A stretch of DNA of 64,000 nucleotides, from NCBI GenBank assembly GCA_963666975.2, contig CAXVYR010000004.1, positions 384,001-448,000 of the forward strand, in the 5' to 3' direction. Both the position numbers and the translations under genes were made by a program. Within the stretch, counting starts at the first letter, position 1; the number at the start of each line of letters is the position of its first letter. The notes beneath the pieces were generated by a model, which saw only the letters and a program-made list of their open reading frames with translations, did not search any database and was not told the origin of the DNA. Of this stretch, positions 28,744 to 39,502 are shown one piece after another. The stretch is from Terriglobia bacterium. Lineage in GTDB: Bacteria > Acidobacteriota > Terriglobia > 2-12-FULL-54-10.

Positions 28744-30834
28744 CTACGGGCTGGAATCTTTGTTTTCTTGGGCCAGCTTGACCAGGGCGTTTTTGATTTT
28801 CTTCTCAACCTTGGCGAGGTCTTCCCCCTCCACATCGTTTTTTGGAAGACGGTTCCATTCTCCCAGCGCGGCCTCCCACTCCATTTGCGCTTCGCGAATC
28901 CGTCCGGCTTTGTAGTAGATGTCTCCCATATGGTCACGGATCGTAGGATCGGAAGGGAGGTACTCGATAGCTCTATGCAGGTATTGCTCAGCCAAATCCA
29001 AGCGCTCTTGCTTGTAGTAGGCCCACCCCAGACTGTCCAAATAAGCGCCGCTGTTGGGTTCCAGCTGCAAAGCGCGCTGGATATAGTTCACCGATTCTTT
29101 CAGGCGAATTCCAAGGTCTGCCAGCATGTAGCCCAGGTAATTCAGCGTCATGGCGCTATTGGGATTGATCTCCAGAGCCTTGCGAAACGCTTCCTCGGCG
29201 CGGCCGTATTGCTTCTCGCGCTCCCAGATGGAGCCATCCAGAAAATGAATATATTCGATTTCTTCTTCTGAATCGGAAAGGTCTTTGGCCTTCGCGACAG
29301 CTTGCCGCGCTTGCTCAAACTGCTTAGCCCGCAAATGAATCTGCGAAAGAGCAAGCCAGATTCCACGATCCCTTGGGGTGTTATCGAGGAAAGGCTCCAG
29401 CAGCGCAACTGCGGCTGAAACATCGCCCGTGCTGGCCAGCAACGAGGCCCGCTCGGTCGCCAGTCCACGGCTTTCCGGATACGCCTGGACGGCCTTTTCC
29501 GACGCTTCCAGGGCCCTGTCGTATTGTCTGTTCTCCCGGTAGGTTTCTATCAAGCGAGCTTCGGCCCGAATGGCCGAGTCCCCTCCCAACGCCAGCATCC
29601 GGCGGAAGGTTTCCTCCGCAGCCGCGAAATCTCCCCGGGTCCGGTGAAGGAATCCTGCTTTTTCGAGAAATATGCTGCGGTTCGCCGATTCCTGGAAAGT
29701 GTAGGCGCTTACATCCGCTTTGGAAGTGGAATCCAATATCGTTTCGATTATATCAATGGCCTCTCCAATTTCGCCTTCCACTTCCGCCAGCAAAGCCCGG
29801 TTGTATTGGACATCCAGGTTGCCCGGAAACAGCTCCAGAGCTTTATCCAGGTTTTGTCCCGCCAGTTCATATCTGTGCTGGAAGCGATAGACCTGACCGA
29901 GACGCAGATAAGCTTCCCCGTCCTGCGGGTTGGCGCGAATGACAATCTGGAACTGATCCAACGCTTTATCGTACTGCTGGCTCAGAATATAACTCTGCCC
30001 CAAGGCTTTGCGGTAAGCCACGTTATTCGGTTCCAGTTCCAAAGCACGGCTATAAGCCTCGGCAGCCGCATCGTAATCCCGCACCTGTTCATAGGAGTAA
30101 GCCAGGGTTGTCAGAAGCCGGGGATCAGAACTGTCAACGGTAACCCTTTCCAGCAACTCGATGGCCGCACGGTAGTCGCCGACATCCACATACAGCAAGG
30201 CTAAATTCTTAATTGCGTCCGGGGAATCCGGCTGTAAGGCGACCGCCTTTTTGAGGATTTCTTCCGCCTTGGCATTCTCGTCCATCGCCCGGTAGAGTTG
30301 CGCCAAAACCAGATAGGACCCGACATCTGTGGGGTCCCGTTCCAGAATTTCCTCGAACTGCTGCACAGCGCGCTGCCGCATCCCGGCGGGCACCTGGCGG
30401 CTTCTTCCCCCCGTCAGGAGGCGCAGATAGAGACGGCCCAGGAGCTTGCGCGCTTCGGAATCTTGCGGATGGCGCTGGACGGCGCTCTCCGCCTCCTGCA
30501 CAGCATTTTGCCACCGGCCGGTGGCTGCATACAGGTCCGCCAACTCCAAACTAAGGAAGGTGGAGTCCGGGTCATACTGCAAGGCCAGCTTGAGCTCTTC
30601 AATGGCTTGGTTGAGCAGGTTGGCTCGCTTAAAGAGAGCGCCTCTTTCCTGATAGAAGTGTCCCAGCGAATAGTGATAATAGGCGAGCGCCTTGTCCGGC
30701 TCAACGGGCTGCCCGGACGCACTGGCCGCCGTTTGGCTGGCAGCTTCCTCTGCGGGCTCAGTCGCCTGTGCGGCCGCCAGTCCCGACAGCAAAATCCACA
30801 GACACGCCAAATATCCAAGCCTTTGCAGTTCCAT
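28744..30834 (-). CDS. Exported TPR-repeat protein
   Basis: Signal peptide, many TPRs, LNYLGY..AD and YLDSLGWAYY; typical neighbour of ispE. Confidence 0.9.
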   Translation of the reverse strand: MELQRLGYLACLWILLSGLAAAQATEPAEEAASQTAASASGQPVEPDKALAYYHYSLGHFYQERGALFKRANLLNQAIEELKLALQYDPDSTFLSLELADLYAATGRWQNAVQEAESAVQRHPQDSEARKLLGRLYLRLLTGGRSRQVPAGMRQRAVQQFEEILERDPTDVGSYLVLAQLYRAMDENAKAEEILKKAVALQPDSPDAIKNLALLYVDVGDYRAAIELLERVTVDSSDPRLLTTLAYSYEQVRDYDAAAEAYSRALELEPNNVAYRKALGQSYILSQQYDKALDQFQIVIRANPQDGEAYLRLGQVYRFQHRYELAGQNLDKALELFPGNLDVQYNRALLAEVEGEIGEAIDIIETILDSTSKADVSAYTFQESANRSIFLEKAGFLHRTRGDFAAAEETFRRMLALGGDSAIRAEARLIETYRENRQYDRALEASEKAVQAYPESRGLATERASLLASTGDVSAAVALLEPFLDNTPRDRGIWLALSQIHLRAKQFEQARQAVAKAKDLSDSEEEIEYIHFLDGSIWEREKQYGRAEEAFRKALEINPNSAMTLNYLGYMLADLGIRLKESVNYIQRALQLEPNSGAYLDSLGWAYYKQERLDLAEQYLHRAIEYLPSDPTIRDHMGDIYYKAGRIREAQMEWEAALGEWNRLPKNDVEGEDLAKVEKKIKNALVKLAQENKDSSP

Positions 30835-30926
30835 GCCTTAATCCTCGACAGGAGATCCGGAAGGGCTCCCGCCCCTCTCCACAGGTGCAATAGCTCTGCG
30901 AACAGTATAGCTCAGTCACAAGCATC

Positions 30927-30968
30927 TTCGGAACAAGATTCGGGAACAAGATTCGGGAACAAGCTTCG
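30927..30968. repeat. Short intergenic tandem repeat (13-bp unit, ~3 copies)
   Basis: TTCG(G)GAACAAGA x3. Confidence 0.8.
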
Positions 30969-31078
30969 CCAGGAAAACTGCCCCGGATTGTTCTTCCTAA
31001 CCCGGCGGCAGCTTGGAGATTTATGAACCAGGAGAATTATGAACCAAATGATGAACCATATGACACGGCACGAAGACC

Positions 31079-32653
31079 CTAATGCCGAAAATGCCGCACT
31101 CCCGTAAAAACCATGGCCAAGCCGAGCCGGTCCGCCGCTGCAATGACTTCCTGATCCCGGATCGACCCTCCCGGCTGGATCACCGCCGCAACCCCCGCTT
31201 TTGCCGCCTCCTCGATACCGTCGGGGAAAGGAAAAAACGCATCGGAGGCCATCGCAGACCCCTGCAACGGCAGGACCGCTTTGCTCGCCCCCAGACGAAC
31301 CGAGTCCACGCGGCTCATCTGGCCTGCGCCGACGCCCGCCACCTGCCGTCCTCGCGCGTAAACAATGGCATTCGACTTGACGTGCTTTGCCACTTTCCAC
31401 GCAAACAGCAGGCTCGCCACCTCCTCCTCGCTGGGCCGCCGGATCGTGACAGGTTTCAGGTCTTCGGCGGAGAGCACATGACGGTCCTTTTCCTGAACCA
31501 GCATTCCGCCGCTTACCTGCTCCAAATGCAACTCGCGATCCATGGGAACCGAAGTGTCGATCTCAATCAAGCGGAGATTTTTTTTGCCGGCCAGCCGCTC
31601 CCGGGCCTCTGCCGTAAAAGCGGGCGCTGCAATCGCTTCCACAAACGTCTTGGCAACCTGTTCAGCGGTTTCGCCATCGAGCGGCCTGTTGAAGCCCAAT
31701 ACCGAGCCATAGGCGGAGACGGGGTCCGCTTCGTAGGCCTTCTGATAGCTGGCTGCCAGCGTCGGCTGGACGGATGCGCCGCAGGGATTCGTATGCTTGA
31801 TGATGGCCGTGGCCGGCTCGGAGAATTCCTGTGCCAGGTCCCACGCCGCCTCCAGATCGACCAGATTATTGAAGGAAAGCTCCTTGCCTTGCAGTTGACG
31901 GCTTCGGGCAAGCCCTCCTTTCTCATTGCCGGCCGTCGCATAGAGAGCTGCAGCTTGGTGCGGGTTTTCACCGTACCGCAAGTCGCAGAGTTTCTGAAAG
32001 CGCACACCCAAAGTTTCAGGAAACATTTCCTGCCGGCGCGTCACCGTCTCCTGTCCGGTATACTCCACCGAAGCCAGCGTGCCGGCGATTGCGGTGTCGT
32101 ATCGCGCCGTGCAGGCGAAGGCCTTCTGGGCCAGGCTCCAATGCGTCTCAGGGCTCAACTGCCCCGAATAGCGCTTCATCTCATCCAAAATCCGGGAATA
32201 GTCCTCCGGCGAGGTGAGAACCGCCACATCCTGAAAATTCTTGGCGGCCGAGCGGATCATCGCCGGCCCTCCGATGTCCACGTTTTCAATCAAGTCGGAA
32301 AATTTCGCCGAGGCGCGGGCGGCGACCTGCTCGAAGGCATACAGGTTGACCACCACCATATCAATCCACCCGATCTTTGCCTGCTCCAGCATCCGGCGAT
32401 GGGTTTCGTCATTCCGTTTGGCCAGAATGCCGCCATGAACGGCGGGGTGAAGGGTCTTCACACGGCCGTCGAGCATCTCCGGAAAGCCGGTCACCTCCGC
32501 AACGTCCTTTACCGGAACCCCTGCTTCCCGCAACATCTTCCCGGTGCCGCCGGTCGAAAGAATCTCCACTCCCCATTCCTGCAATCCCCGGGCGAAGTCA
32601 ACCACACCCGTCTTATCCGTAACACTAATCAAGGCACGCGAAATCCTGCTCAA
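31079..32653 (-). CDS. purH: Bifunctional AICAR transformylase/IMP cyclohydrolase
   Basis: RALISVTDK, GRVKTLHP, DIGGPAM, LRYGENPHQ, KHVKSNAI, ASDAFFPF, RHFRH. Confidence 0.97.
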   Translation of the reverse strand: MSRISRALISVTDKTGVVDFARGLQEWGVEILSTGGTGKMLREAGVPVKDVAEVTGFPEMLDGRVKTLHPAVHGGILAKRNDETHRRMLEQAKIGWIDMVVVNLYAFEQVAARASAKFSDLIENVDIGGPAMIRSAAKNFQDVAVLTSPEDYSRILDEMKRYSGQLSPETHWSLAQKAFACTARYDTAIAGTLASVEYTGQETVTRRQEMFPETLGVRFQKLCDLRYGENPHQAAALYATAGNEKGGLARSRQLQGKELSFNNLVDLEAAWDLAQEFSEPATAIIKHTNPCGASVQPTLAASYQKAYEADPVSAYGSVLGFNRPLDGETAEQVAKTFVEAIAAPAFTAEARERLAGKKNLRLIEIDTSVPMDRELHLEQVSGGMLVQEKDRHVLSAEDLKPVTIRRPSEEEVASLLFAWKVAKHVKSNAIVYARGRQVAGVGAGQMSRVDSVRLGASKAVLPLQGSAMASDAFFPFPDGIEEAAKAGVAAVIQPGGSIRDQEVIAAADRLGLAMVFTGVRHFRH

Positions 32654-32754
32654 GAATTGTTCTCCTTTTATTGCTTTGTGAATCCGAAATCGGCGAGCGG
32701 CAGCGCGGCGCTGAAGTTCTCCGCCGCCTGCCGGTGAAACTTGCGGCGAGGCTG

Positions 32755-33300
32755 CTACAAACCTTTAGCTTTGAGCTTGACCTGGCCCTTCTCTACTTCC
32801 ACTACATACTGCACTTGGTCGCACTTGAAATCGCGTTTGAGCTGGGCAGTTTTCTGCTGGACAAACTTCCGGAAATCATCCGGACCGATATTCGCGGCAT
32901 TCTCTCCGCATTTGCGCTTTGCCTCAATCAGCGCTTCGAACAGTTTGTCCACCTTCTCCGGCTCCGAGACCGGGTCGCGCCATTCCACACGGCACGCCAA
33001 GTGCTTTTTCTGCTCCGCCCGCAAGCCCGATCCCGTCTGGCGGGGACCCTCCTCGCGGTCCTTGATTCCCTTCCGCCAAAGATCGGAGAAAACGCTAAAG
33101 CGCTGGGCGAGTCCATTGTAACGGAAACGTTGAGCGTAGGTTAGCTTTTGGGCGTCGGCATACTTTTTGATGAGGTTCTCCACGCGCCAGCGGCTGTCGG
33201 TAGGAGGCCGCTGTGATCCGCCGTTAAAATAAATATCAAATTCTATTTTAAGCCGGCGAAGGCTTTCTTCCAGGTGGGAGAGTTCCTCATCAACCGTCAT
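32755..33300 (-). CDS. MXAN_5187 C-terminal-domain-like protein
   Basis: LKIEFDIYFNG..RPP..RWRVE, RFRYNGL, VEVEKGQVKLKA. Confidence 0.7.
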   Translation of the reverse strand: MTVDEELSHLEESLRRLKIEFDIYFNGGSQRPPTDSRWRVENLIKKYADAQKLTYAQRFRYNGLAQRFSVFSDLWRKGIKDREEGPRQTGSGLRAEQKKHLACRVEWRDPVSEPEKVDKLFEALIEAKRKCGENAANIGPDDFRKFVQQKTAQLKRDFKCDQVQYVVEVEKGQVKLKAKGL

Positions 33301-33500
33301 AGTAAAACCTCAACATCCCAAATAGTATAGTATCGTTCGGTCCGCCGGAAGGTCAATATGCAATTACCCTGCGGGAGGTAACGCGGAAGCCTCTCCTCCG
33401 GAGCTTGGTATCCTTTTAACATTCTTATACTTACACCACTGATTATTTCATGTGACAAGTTCAACAAGCGGGAGAAAATCACCGCCCTAAAGTGTAATCA

Positions 33501-33821
33501 TCAGCAGTTCGGTCTAATGGGAGTGTTGATCACGCTGCCTTTCCCAGAACCGCCGGGCACAGACCGATTGGAGGAACCGGGCAAGCGAGGATGCCCATGG
33601 AAAGAGAAAGGGAAGATGCACCTTGCGATAACCCATCGAAGAGCAACGGCCATGAAAAAAACAAAAAGCCCCATGCTGATGAATGCCGGGATACCAAAGA
33701 CTACGCCGATGATGAGCCAGCAAAAAAGTGTCCAGTGGGTCCACAGACAGATTCCTAACAAAGCAATATACACGGCTGCCAGGTAGCACAGAGTCGAGAG
33801 CGGTGATTTAGAGTGAGGCAT
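33501..33821 (-). CDS. Small membrane hypothetical protein
   Basis: GAGGAG RBS, two hydrophobic segments, upstream sigma-54 motif. Confidence 0.6.
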   Translation of the reverse strand: MPHSKSPLSTLCYLAAVYIALLGICLWTHWTLFCWLIIGVVFGIPAFISMGLFVFFMAVALRWVIARCIFPFSFHGHPRLPGSSNRSVPGGSGKGSVINTPIRPNC

Positions 33822-33854
33822 CGCTTACTCCCTCTCTGGCCTACTCTATGCAGG

Positions 33855-33870
33855 AGCAATTGTGTTGCCA
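33855..33870 (-). promoter_or_regulatory. Sigma-54 (-24/-12) promoter
   Basis: TGGCAACACAATTGCT on the minus strand, about 35 nt before the ATG at 33821. Confidence 0.65.
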
Positions 33871-34270
33871 CGACAGGGAAGCTGGCCATACGGGCTTAGT
33901 CCTCGAAAATCGCCGCCATTCAGCCACCAGAAAAGAGCAATCATCGACCGTCCGGCCACATCGCTTGTTTTTTTAGCTATATTCGGCCTTGGTTTACCGC
34001 AGGTTTAGGAGGCATGCGAATGCCAACGGGTGAGCCAATTTTCCCACCAGCGTTATAACGCACACCATCTCTCGGACAGGAATACGGGGTAGGGATAATT
34101 GTCTGGGGATGAGCGATTGTTTTGAAGGAACGACTTCGTGGCCAGCAAATGGGGGCTATCCGGCAAGAGATGTTAACGGCGGCAGGATTGGGAGAAAATT
34201 CGGGAAAGCGATTGTGGGCGCTCCCACGCAGCCATACCCACATCTGCATCCATTCGCCGACCGCGTTTCG

Positions 34271-35467
34271 TTACGCCTGCTCCCTGCCAGAGGCCTTGGG
34301 ATATCGGTGCCGGATCGGCTCCGGAACACGTTCTCGTTCGGGCGGATGCACTGTCAGATTCCATTCCAGAGGGATATCCTGAGGCAGGTAGCAAATCTTG
34401 TCGTCGCAGGCCTGGTATCGAAACCGACCGCGAATCTTCAACTCCCGGCTTCCTGAGAAAATCGGCCGCAAGACATCGATTCGCCCCATGGTGATATCCT
34501 GCGTCACCCGGAATACTCCGTGATAAACCGGGACGGTTTCCTGGATGGCGGGCAAGTGTATCATTTCCGGCGTTGGATATTCCGCCGCATGCACGACGTA
34601 TTCCGAAGACGGCTCCAGTTCCAGTTGGATCGGGATATAGCCTTGGACAGTGGGAGCATAGACGTGCATCTTCGGCTTCAAATCCAGCCCGGCCACCAAA
34701 GTCAACCGGAGACTCGGATGGACCACATCCTGCGTGGAATAATATTTCAACTCCAGATGGTCCGTCTCCACCCGCGTTTCGCGCGTGCCGGCCTGGGAAC
34801 CAAACTCCCGCAGCAATATGGTCGGGGCGGTAACACGGTCCCGGAAGGAATCCGGGAAATACTTCGTCTGCAGGATCCCCTCTCGGTCCACTACATACGT
34901 TCCCGGATAGGGAATTCCGTAATAGAAATGGTCGCGGGAAACATGAGTGTTTAAGATCCCGAACTCCCGGATGATGCTGGACTGGACGTCTGACAACATA
35001 GGAAAAGTAATGTTTTTCCGTTTGGCAAAATCCGCCAGAATCGCTTCGGAATCGTACAGGATGGAGCAGACGCCGTATCCCTGCTCACGGAATTTTTCGA
35101 CGTATTGTTCCAGCTCCACGAGCTGTGTTTTACAGTATGGTCACCAGTCTACGGACCGGTTGAAGACGATCACCGCTCCCTTGGGACCGAGAATGGAGTT
35201 GAAGTCCTGCACCTTTCCGAATTGATCCGGCGCGCGAAAGAATGGAATCTTTTCCCCGACAGCCGGCCCCGTGGAAGTAGGCAGGTTGTTCTTCCAAGGC
35301 CCTTCGATGCCGCGCTCCCACGGTCCTTCCAGGGCGCCTTCCGGCTGCGCCTGCCCCATCAGCAATGGCGCCAGAAACAGACACATCGCCAGCACAAATC
35401 CGGCCCTGGAGCCTTTAGAAATCCGTGACCCGGATTCCCTGCGGTGTTTCCAGTTGTACCCGTTCAT
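34271..35467 (-). CDS. Selenocysteine-containing exported redoxin (AhpC/TSA-like, WUPYC) fused to a DsbD-N-like domain
   Basis: ORFs 35141-35578 and 34271-35119 are in frame across a single TGA (35141-35143), giving RSVDW-U-PYCKTQLVELE; C-terminal YQACDDKICYLP; start uncertain. Confidence 0.88.
35111..35125 (-). promoter_or_regulatory. Candidate bacterial SECIS hairpin
   Basis: CAGCUC-GUG-GAGCUG; the loop starts with G, 21 nt after the UGA. Confidence 0.65.
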
Positions 35468-35529
35468 TACGGCTCCAGAAACCAAATTTTTCAAAACAAA
35501 CCTCCGGTCACTAGCCGTGTGATTACTGC

Positions 35530-36972
35530 TTAACGACCCGCATCCGCATAGAACCCGCCCACGATGGCATCGTACCAAAGCTGCACTCCCGCCGGGGCCA
35601 CTCCTCTGGGAAGCCCGGCTTCCGGCGCGCTGTAGCCGTGTATGCCGGCATCCAACTGATACACACGAAATTTTGGCGCGGGATTCATTGCGGCATACCG
35701 TGGCAGATAGACATTCCGGTAAATCTCGGGGGCGTGGTCCCGGCTGTTCTTTGTAATAATCAGCAGCAGAGGCGGAACCGGCTTGGCGTCTTTCCCGGAA
35801 ACCTCCCGAAGGTAGCCGACGTATCTCGCGACCAGGGCCTCGGTCTCCTGTGAACTCAGTTTTAACCGTTTGGCGGTGGCCTTTGCCGCCGAGGCCATTG
35901 CAGCGGCGTTGTCAAAATGAAGGATGTTTTCCGCCTTGAACTGCGGACGCTTGGTGCCACGCTCCCAACTTTCGTAAACTTCCTCCATCACCATAGCCAG
36001 GCGCTCTAACGCCTCCACTCCCTCTTCCTGAATCAATTCATATCCGTAGTACCGGGCGGTATCACGCCAGGAGCGAATTCTCAGGCAGTTGAAGTCCACT
36101 CCCCAAGGTTCGCTGATGCCCTGGATTTCTCTTGTCATCTGCCCGTACAGGGACCCGAAGGGGGAGCTTTCCATTCCGACGATGCCCCGAATGTTGGTGA
36201 CCCGCTGGCTCAGCATCATGGTAAAGGGTCCGCCCGTCGAATGGCCGTGGGCGTAAATCGAGAATTGTTCTTCGGGCAGGTGCTGGCGCAGCATTTCCCT
36301 GCCCCCTTCCTCGAAAGCCACCGGCCAGCCTGCCATGCGGTTGTAGAACTCCGTCCCTTCCTTGGCGCAGGCCAAAGTCAGCGTGCCCCACCTTCTGCGC
36401 CGGGAATCTTCCTGGTCCTTTACCACTTCGTACTGATCCGGGGTAATCACGCCGTCGCGCTTCCAGATCGGCGTTCGCACGGTGCCATCCGCGCGGATGG
36501 TGTCGCCGGGCCAATTTCTGGACGGGTCCTGCAGGTTCAGCCGCCCCGGGTAGGACATGTTGACCACCTTGAAACCAAACTTGCTCGTCAGGAAACGGGA
36601 GAATTTATCTTTCGATATGTGGTCTCCCGATCCCCCGTGCAGCACGAGGATTCCCACTTTCTTTCCGTCCGCTCCAATTGGAATTTGGGATGCGTCCACC
36701 GGCTCGTAGACCATCGCCGCAATGTCCCAATCCAATTCGAGAGCCCGGATTCGGATGATGGATTCCTCCGCCCGCAGAGGGATGTCGGGCTTTGCCAAAA
36801 CCTTTTTCGAGGTCTCGACGAGTTCGGGGCGAGTGATACGAATCCATTCCCCTCCGCTCACTTGCTCCACCTTGCGTTTTGAATCCTCTGCGGCAACGGT
36901 CCCATTGCTGCCAGCGCTGAACAGCAAACACAACAACGCAACCGTCACGAAATTGATCTTTCGGCGCATCAT
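35530..36972 (-). CDS. Exported alpha/beta-hydrolase-fold protein
   Basis: Signal peptide, VLHGGSG oxyanion region, GHSTGG nucleophile elbow, C-terminal D and H candidates. Confidence 0.78.
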   Translation of the reverse strand: MMRRKINFVTVALLCLLFSAGSNGTVAAEDSKRKVEQVSGGEWIRITRPELVETSKKVLAKPDIPLRAEESIIRIRALELDWDIAAMVYEPVDASQIPIGADGKKVGILVLHGGSGDHISKDKFSRFLTSKFGFKVVNMSYPGRLNLQDPSRNWPGDTIRADGTVRTPIWKRDGVITPDQYEVVKDQEDSRRRRWGTLTLACAKEGTEFYNRMAGWPVAFEEGGREMLRQHLPEEQFSIYAHGHSTGGPFTMMLSQRVTNIRGIVGMESSPFGSLYGQMTREIQGISEPWGVDFNCLRIRSWRDTARYYGYELIQEEGVEALERLAMVMEEVYESWERGTKRPQFKAENILHFDNAAAMASAAKATAKRLKLSSQETEALVARYVGYLREVSGKDAKPVPPLLLIITKNSRDHAPEIYRNVYLPRYAAMNPAPKFRVYQLDAGIHGYSAPEAGLPRGVAPAGVQLWYDAIVGGFYADAGR

Positions 36973-37229
36973 CTCAATTCCTCCCGGGCTGGTTCTCTTC
37001 TCGCTTAACTTAAAATTCTATGCCAAGCCATCCGCTCGACTCAAGCTGAGATCGCCATGGCCGCTTCTGGTGGCACCGCGGCTCGCTCGGGCCCTCGCTC
37101 GGGACGTTGTGTTCGCATGAAAATAGCGCTGGGGATACTGGCTCCGGTTTTGTTGTGGCGTGTAGCCTTTTTGACATGACTTTTGGCTGTAGCAAAGCCG
37201 CGTGGACCTGGGTGGGGGTGCGGAACCTC

Positions 37230-37802
37230 TCACGGATTGTTAGCAATTGCATTTCGTACGAGCACCTCGGCTGCCGCTCGGGCGTCATCCGCGGCCCCGG
37301 CTCGACCGGTCACCTGTGCTGTGGCAATCGCGCCATCGACAAGCAAAACCAATTGCTTGGAAAGGGTGTCTGGATCTTTTGCGCCGGTCTCGGCGACAAG
37401 ACCGCGCAAGTAGGACAGGACCATTTCCTTATGTCTCACCGCAAGCTGATGGACCGGGTCTTGCAGGCTTGGATATTCTCCGCTGGCTTTGATGAAAGCA
37501 CACCCGCAGTAGCCATCGCTACGAAACAGCTCGCCGAAAGCTTCAAAAACAGCAAGCAATCGATCCGATGGCCTTTTCGCCCGTCGTTCCACCGCAGCCA
37601 CTAGCCACTCGCGGAACTGTTGATCCTGGAGTTCCAGTGTTGCCAGGATCAACTCCTCCTTGGACTTAAAATGCTTGTAAAGGGTCATGCGAGCGACGCC
37701 AGCCTCTTTGAGGATCGAATCTACGCCGGTGGCATGAAAACCGTGGGAGTAAAACAAATCACTGGCCACACCCACCAGGTGGTCGCGCTTTTTTGATGCC
37801 AT
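37230..37802 (-). CDS. TetR/AcrR family transcriptional regulator
   Basis: LFYSHGFHATGVDSILKEAGVARMTLYKHFKSKEEL, GCAFIK; divergent from the trxA operon. Confidence 0.93.
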   Translation of the reverse strand: MASKKRDHLVGVASDLFYSHGFHATGVDSILKEAGVARMTLYKHFKSKEELILATLELQDQQFREWLVAAVERRAKRPSDRLLAVFEAFGELFRSDGYCGCAFIKASGEYPSLQDPVHQLAVRHKEMVLSYLRGLVAETGAKDPDTLSKQLVLLVDGAIATAQVTGRAGAADDARAAAEVLVRNAIANNP

Positions 37803-38026
37803 CTTGTACTCCTTTTTCTTTCTGTAAACCATAATATATAGACTATTCCATGTATTGGAAAGTTTCTGACAAATTCAGTTTAGAGGAATACTTAATTAAC
37901 TATCTTATTATCAATCAATTAAATAATTTCAAAAAATATATGAATCGTTCTATCTAATAGCGCCATCTCATGTAGTGAATTCGCTCATGATCGGGTGGAG
38001 GATCAGCAAAAAAAGGAGAAAACAAA

Positions 38027-38386
38027 ATGAAAATGAAGGACACATCCAAATACACCACACTCAACGAGAACAACTTCGAGAACGAGGTTATTCAAAGCAC
38101 CCAGCCCGTGTTGGTCGATTTCTGGGCTGACTGGTGCGGGCCGTGCCACGCGATTGCCCCGGTGATCAATGAGCTGGCGGGTGACTTTGAAGGAAAGGCT
38201 AAAGTCGGCAAATTGAACGTAGACGACGCTGCGGGCGTCGCTGCTCAGTACGGCATCCGCTCCATTCCGACCCTGCTCTTCTTCCAGAACGGCCGGGAAG
38301 TGGACCGTGTCATCGGCGTGGTTCCGCAGCAGGAACTCGCTGACAAGCTCAACGAGCTGGTGCAGAAGACCAGCGCCGTGGCATAA
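38027..38386 (+). CDS. trxA: Thioredoxin
   Basis: VLVDFWADWCGPC, YGIRSIPTL. Confidence 0.95.
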   Translation: MKMKDTSKYTTLNENNFENEVIQSTQPVLVDFWADWCGPCHAIAPVINELAGDFEGKAKVGKLNVDDAAGVAAQYGIRSIPTLLFFQNGREVDRVIGVVPQQELADKLNELVQKTSAVA

Positions 38387-38417
38387 GCAAGTATTCATTA
38401 AGGAAAGGAGAAATCAA

Positions 38418-39452
38418 ATGAAAGCAGCAGTGATTCGAGAATTTGGCGGTCCCGAGGTGCTGACGTATGAAAATATCGAGACTCCGAAGCCCAAGCCCGG
38501 GAACATCCTAATCAAGGTGCTCGCCGCCAAGGTCGAACGGCTGGACCATTACATACGGGAAGGGTCAGTCGTTCCACAGCTCCCCTTCCCGCATATCCTG
38601 GGCACGGATGCCGCCGGTGAAGTAGCTGAATTGGGCGCAGGGGTCAGCGGCTTTCAGATCGGCGAGCGCGTGATTCCGGTGCCCGGCTTCCCTCTCAAGG
38701 AGGAGGACTACAATATCCGCCCGGCGGCCACGGCGCCTAGTTTCACGCTTCTTGGATTGGGAATCTGGGGCAGCTATGCCCAGTATATGGAAGTTCCGGC
38801 ACGCTGGGTGCTCAAGGATGACACTGGCATGAAACCAGATGAAGTGGCGACGCTGCCCGTGCCCCTGGGCACCGCTGTTCGATCCGTTAAGAAGGTTGGC
38901 GAGGTCAAGGCAGATGACAAGGTGCTAGTCCAGGCTGGCGCGTCCGGCTCCGGGAGCATACAAATCCAGGTGGCCAGAGCCCTTGGCGCGCAGGTTGCCA
39001 CTACTGTCCGTGACGACGCCAAGGGCGAGTTTGCAAAGAGGCTGGGCGCAGAGCTTGTGATCAACACGCGTAAGGAAGATTTTGTGGAGCGCGTAAAGCA
39101 ATGGACCGGCGGACGGGGTGCTGACGTGGTAATCGACAATCTGGGTGGCGACATTCTGCCCAAAAGCATCGATGCGGTGAAGCCTCTGGGCATCGTGGTT
39201 GCTTTTGGCTTCACAGCCGGCACCGAGGTGACTTTTGACATCTTTAAATTCTTTTCTGCTCAGAAGCAACTGCGCGGCTCGATGGCGAGTGACGACGAGG
39301 ACCTCAAGTGGGGGCTGGAGCAAGTCCGCGCGGGCAGGATCAAATCCACACTCGACCGCGCGCTCCCGCTGAGCCAGGCGGCTGAGGCGCATAGATTGGT
39401 CTCTACCAACCGGGTCACCGGCAACATTGTGTTGCTGCCGTGGGGAGAGTAA
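38418..39452 (+). CDS. MDR-family NAD(P)H:quinone oxidoreductase-like protein
   Basis: MKAAVIREFGGPEVL, PHILGTDAAG, AGASGSG; AAGGAG RBS before ATG 38418. Confidence 0.88.
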   Translation: MKAAVIREFGGPEVLTYENIETPKPKPGNILIKVLAAKVERLDHYIREGSVVPQLPFPHILGTDAAGEVAELGAGVSGFQIGERVIPVPGFPLKEEDYNIRPAATAPSFTLLGLGIWGSYAQYMEVPARWVLKDDTGMKPDEVATLPVPLGTAVRSVKKVGEVKADDKVLVQAGASGSGSIQIQVARALGAQVATTVRDDAKGEFAKRLGAELVINTRKEDFVERVKQWTGGRGADVVIDNLGGDILPKSIDAVKPLGIVVAFGFTAGTEVTFDIFKFFSAQKQLRGSMASDDEDLKWGLEQVRAGRIKSTLDRALPLSQAAEAHRLVSTNRVTGNIVLLPWGE

Positions 39453-39502
39453 GCTCCCTCGGTACAAGGCAGCCGACATTGCTGCTCGCAAAGGAGCCGG
39501 TC

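Noticed and set aside
30927-31062. Short repeats as a possible CRISPR array
   Set aside because: Units of 8-13 bp without unique spacers of regular length; no cas genes in the window.
34010-34027. GGCATGCGAATGCC as a sigma-54 promoter
   Set aside because: GG-to-GC spacing is 9 rather than the required 10 on both strands.
37055-37105. Degenerate third copy of the CCGAGCCGCG REP family
   Set aside because: Only the CGCGGCTCG core matches; too weak in GC-rich DNA.
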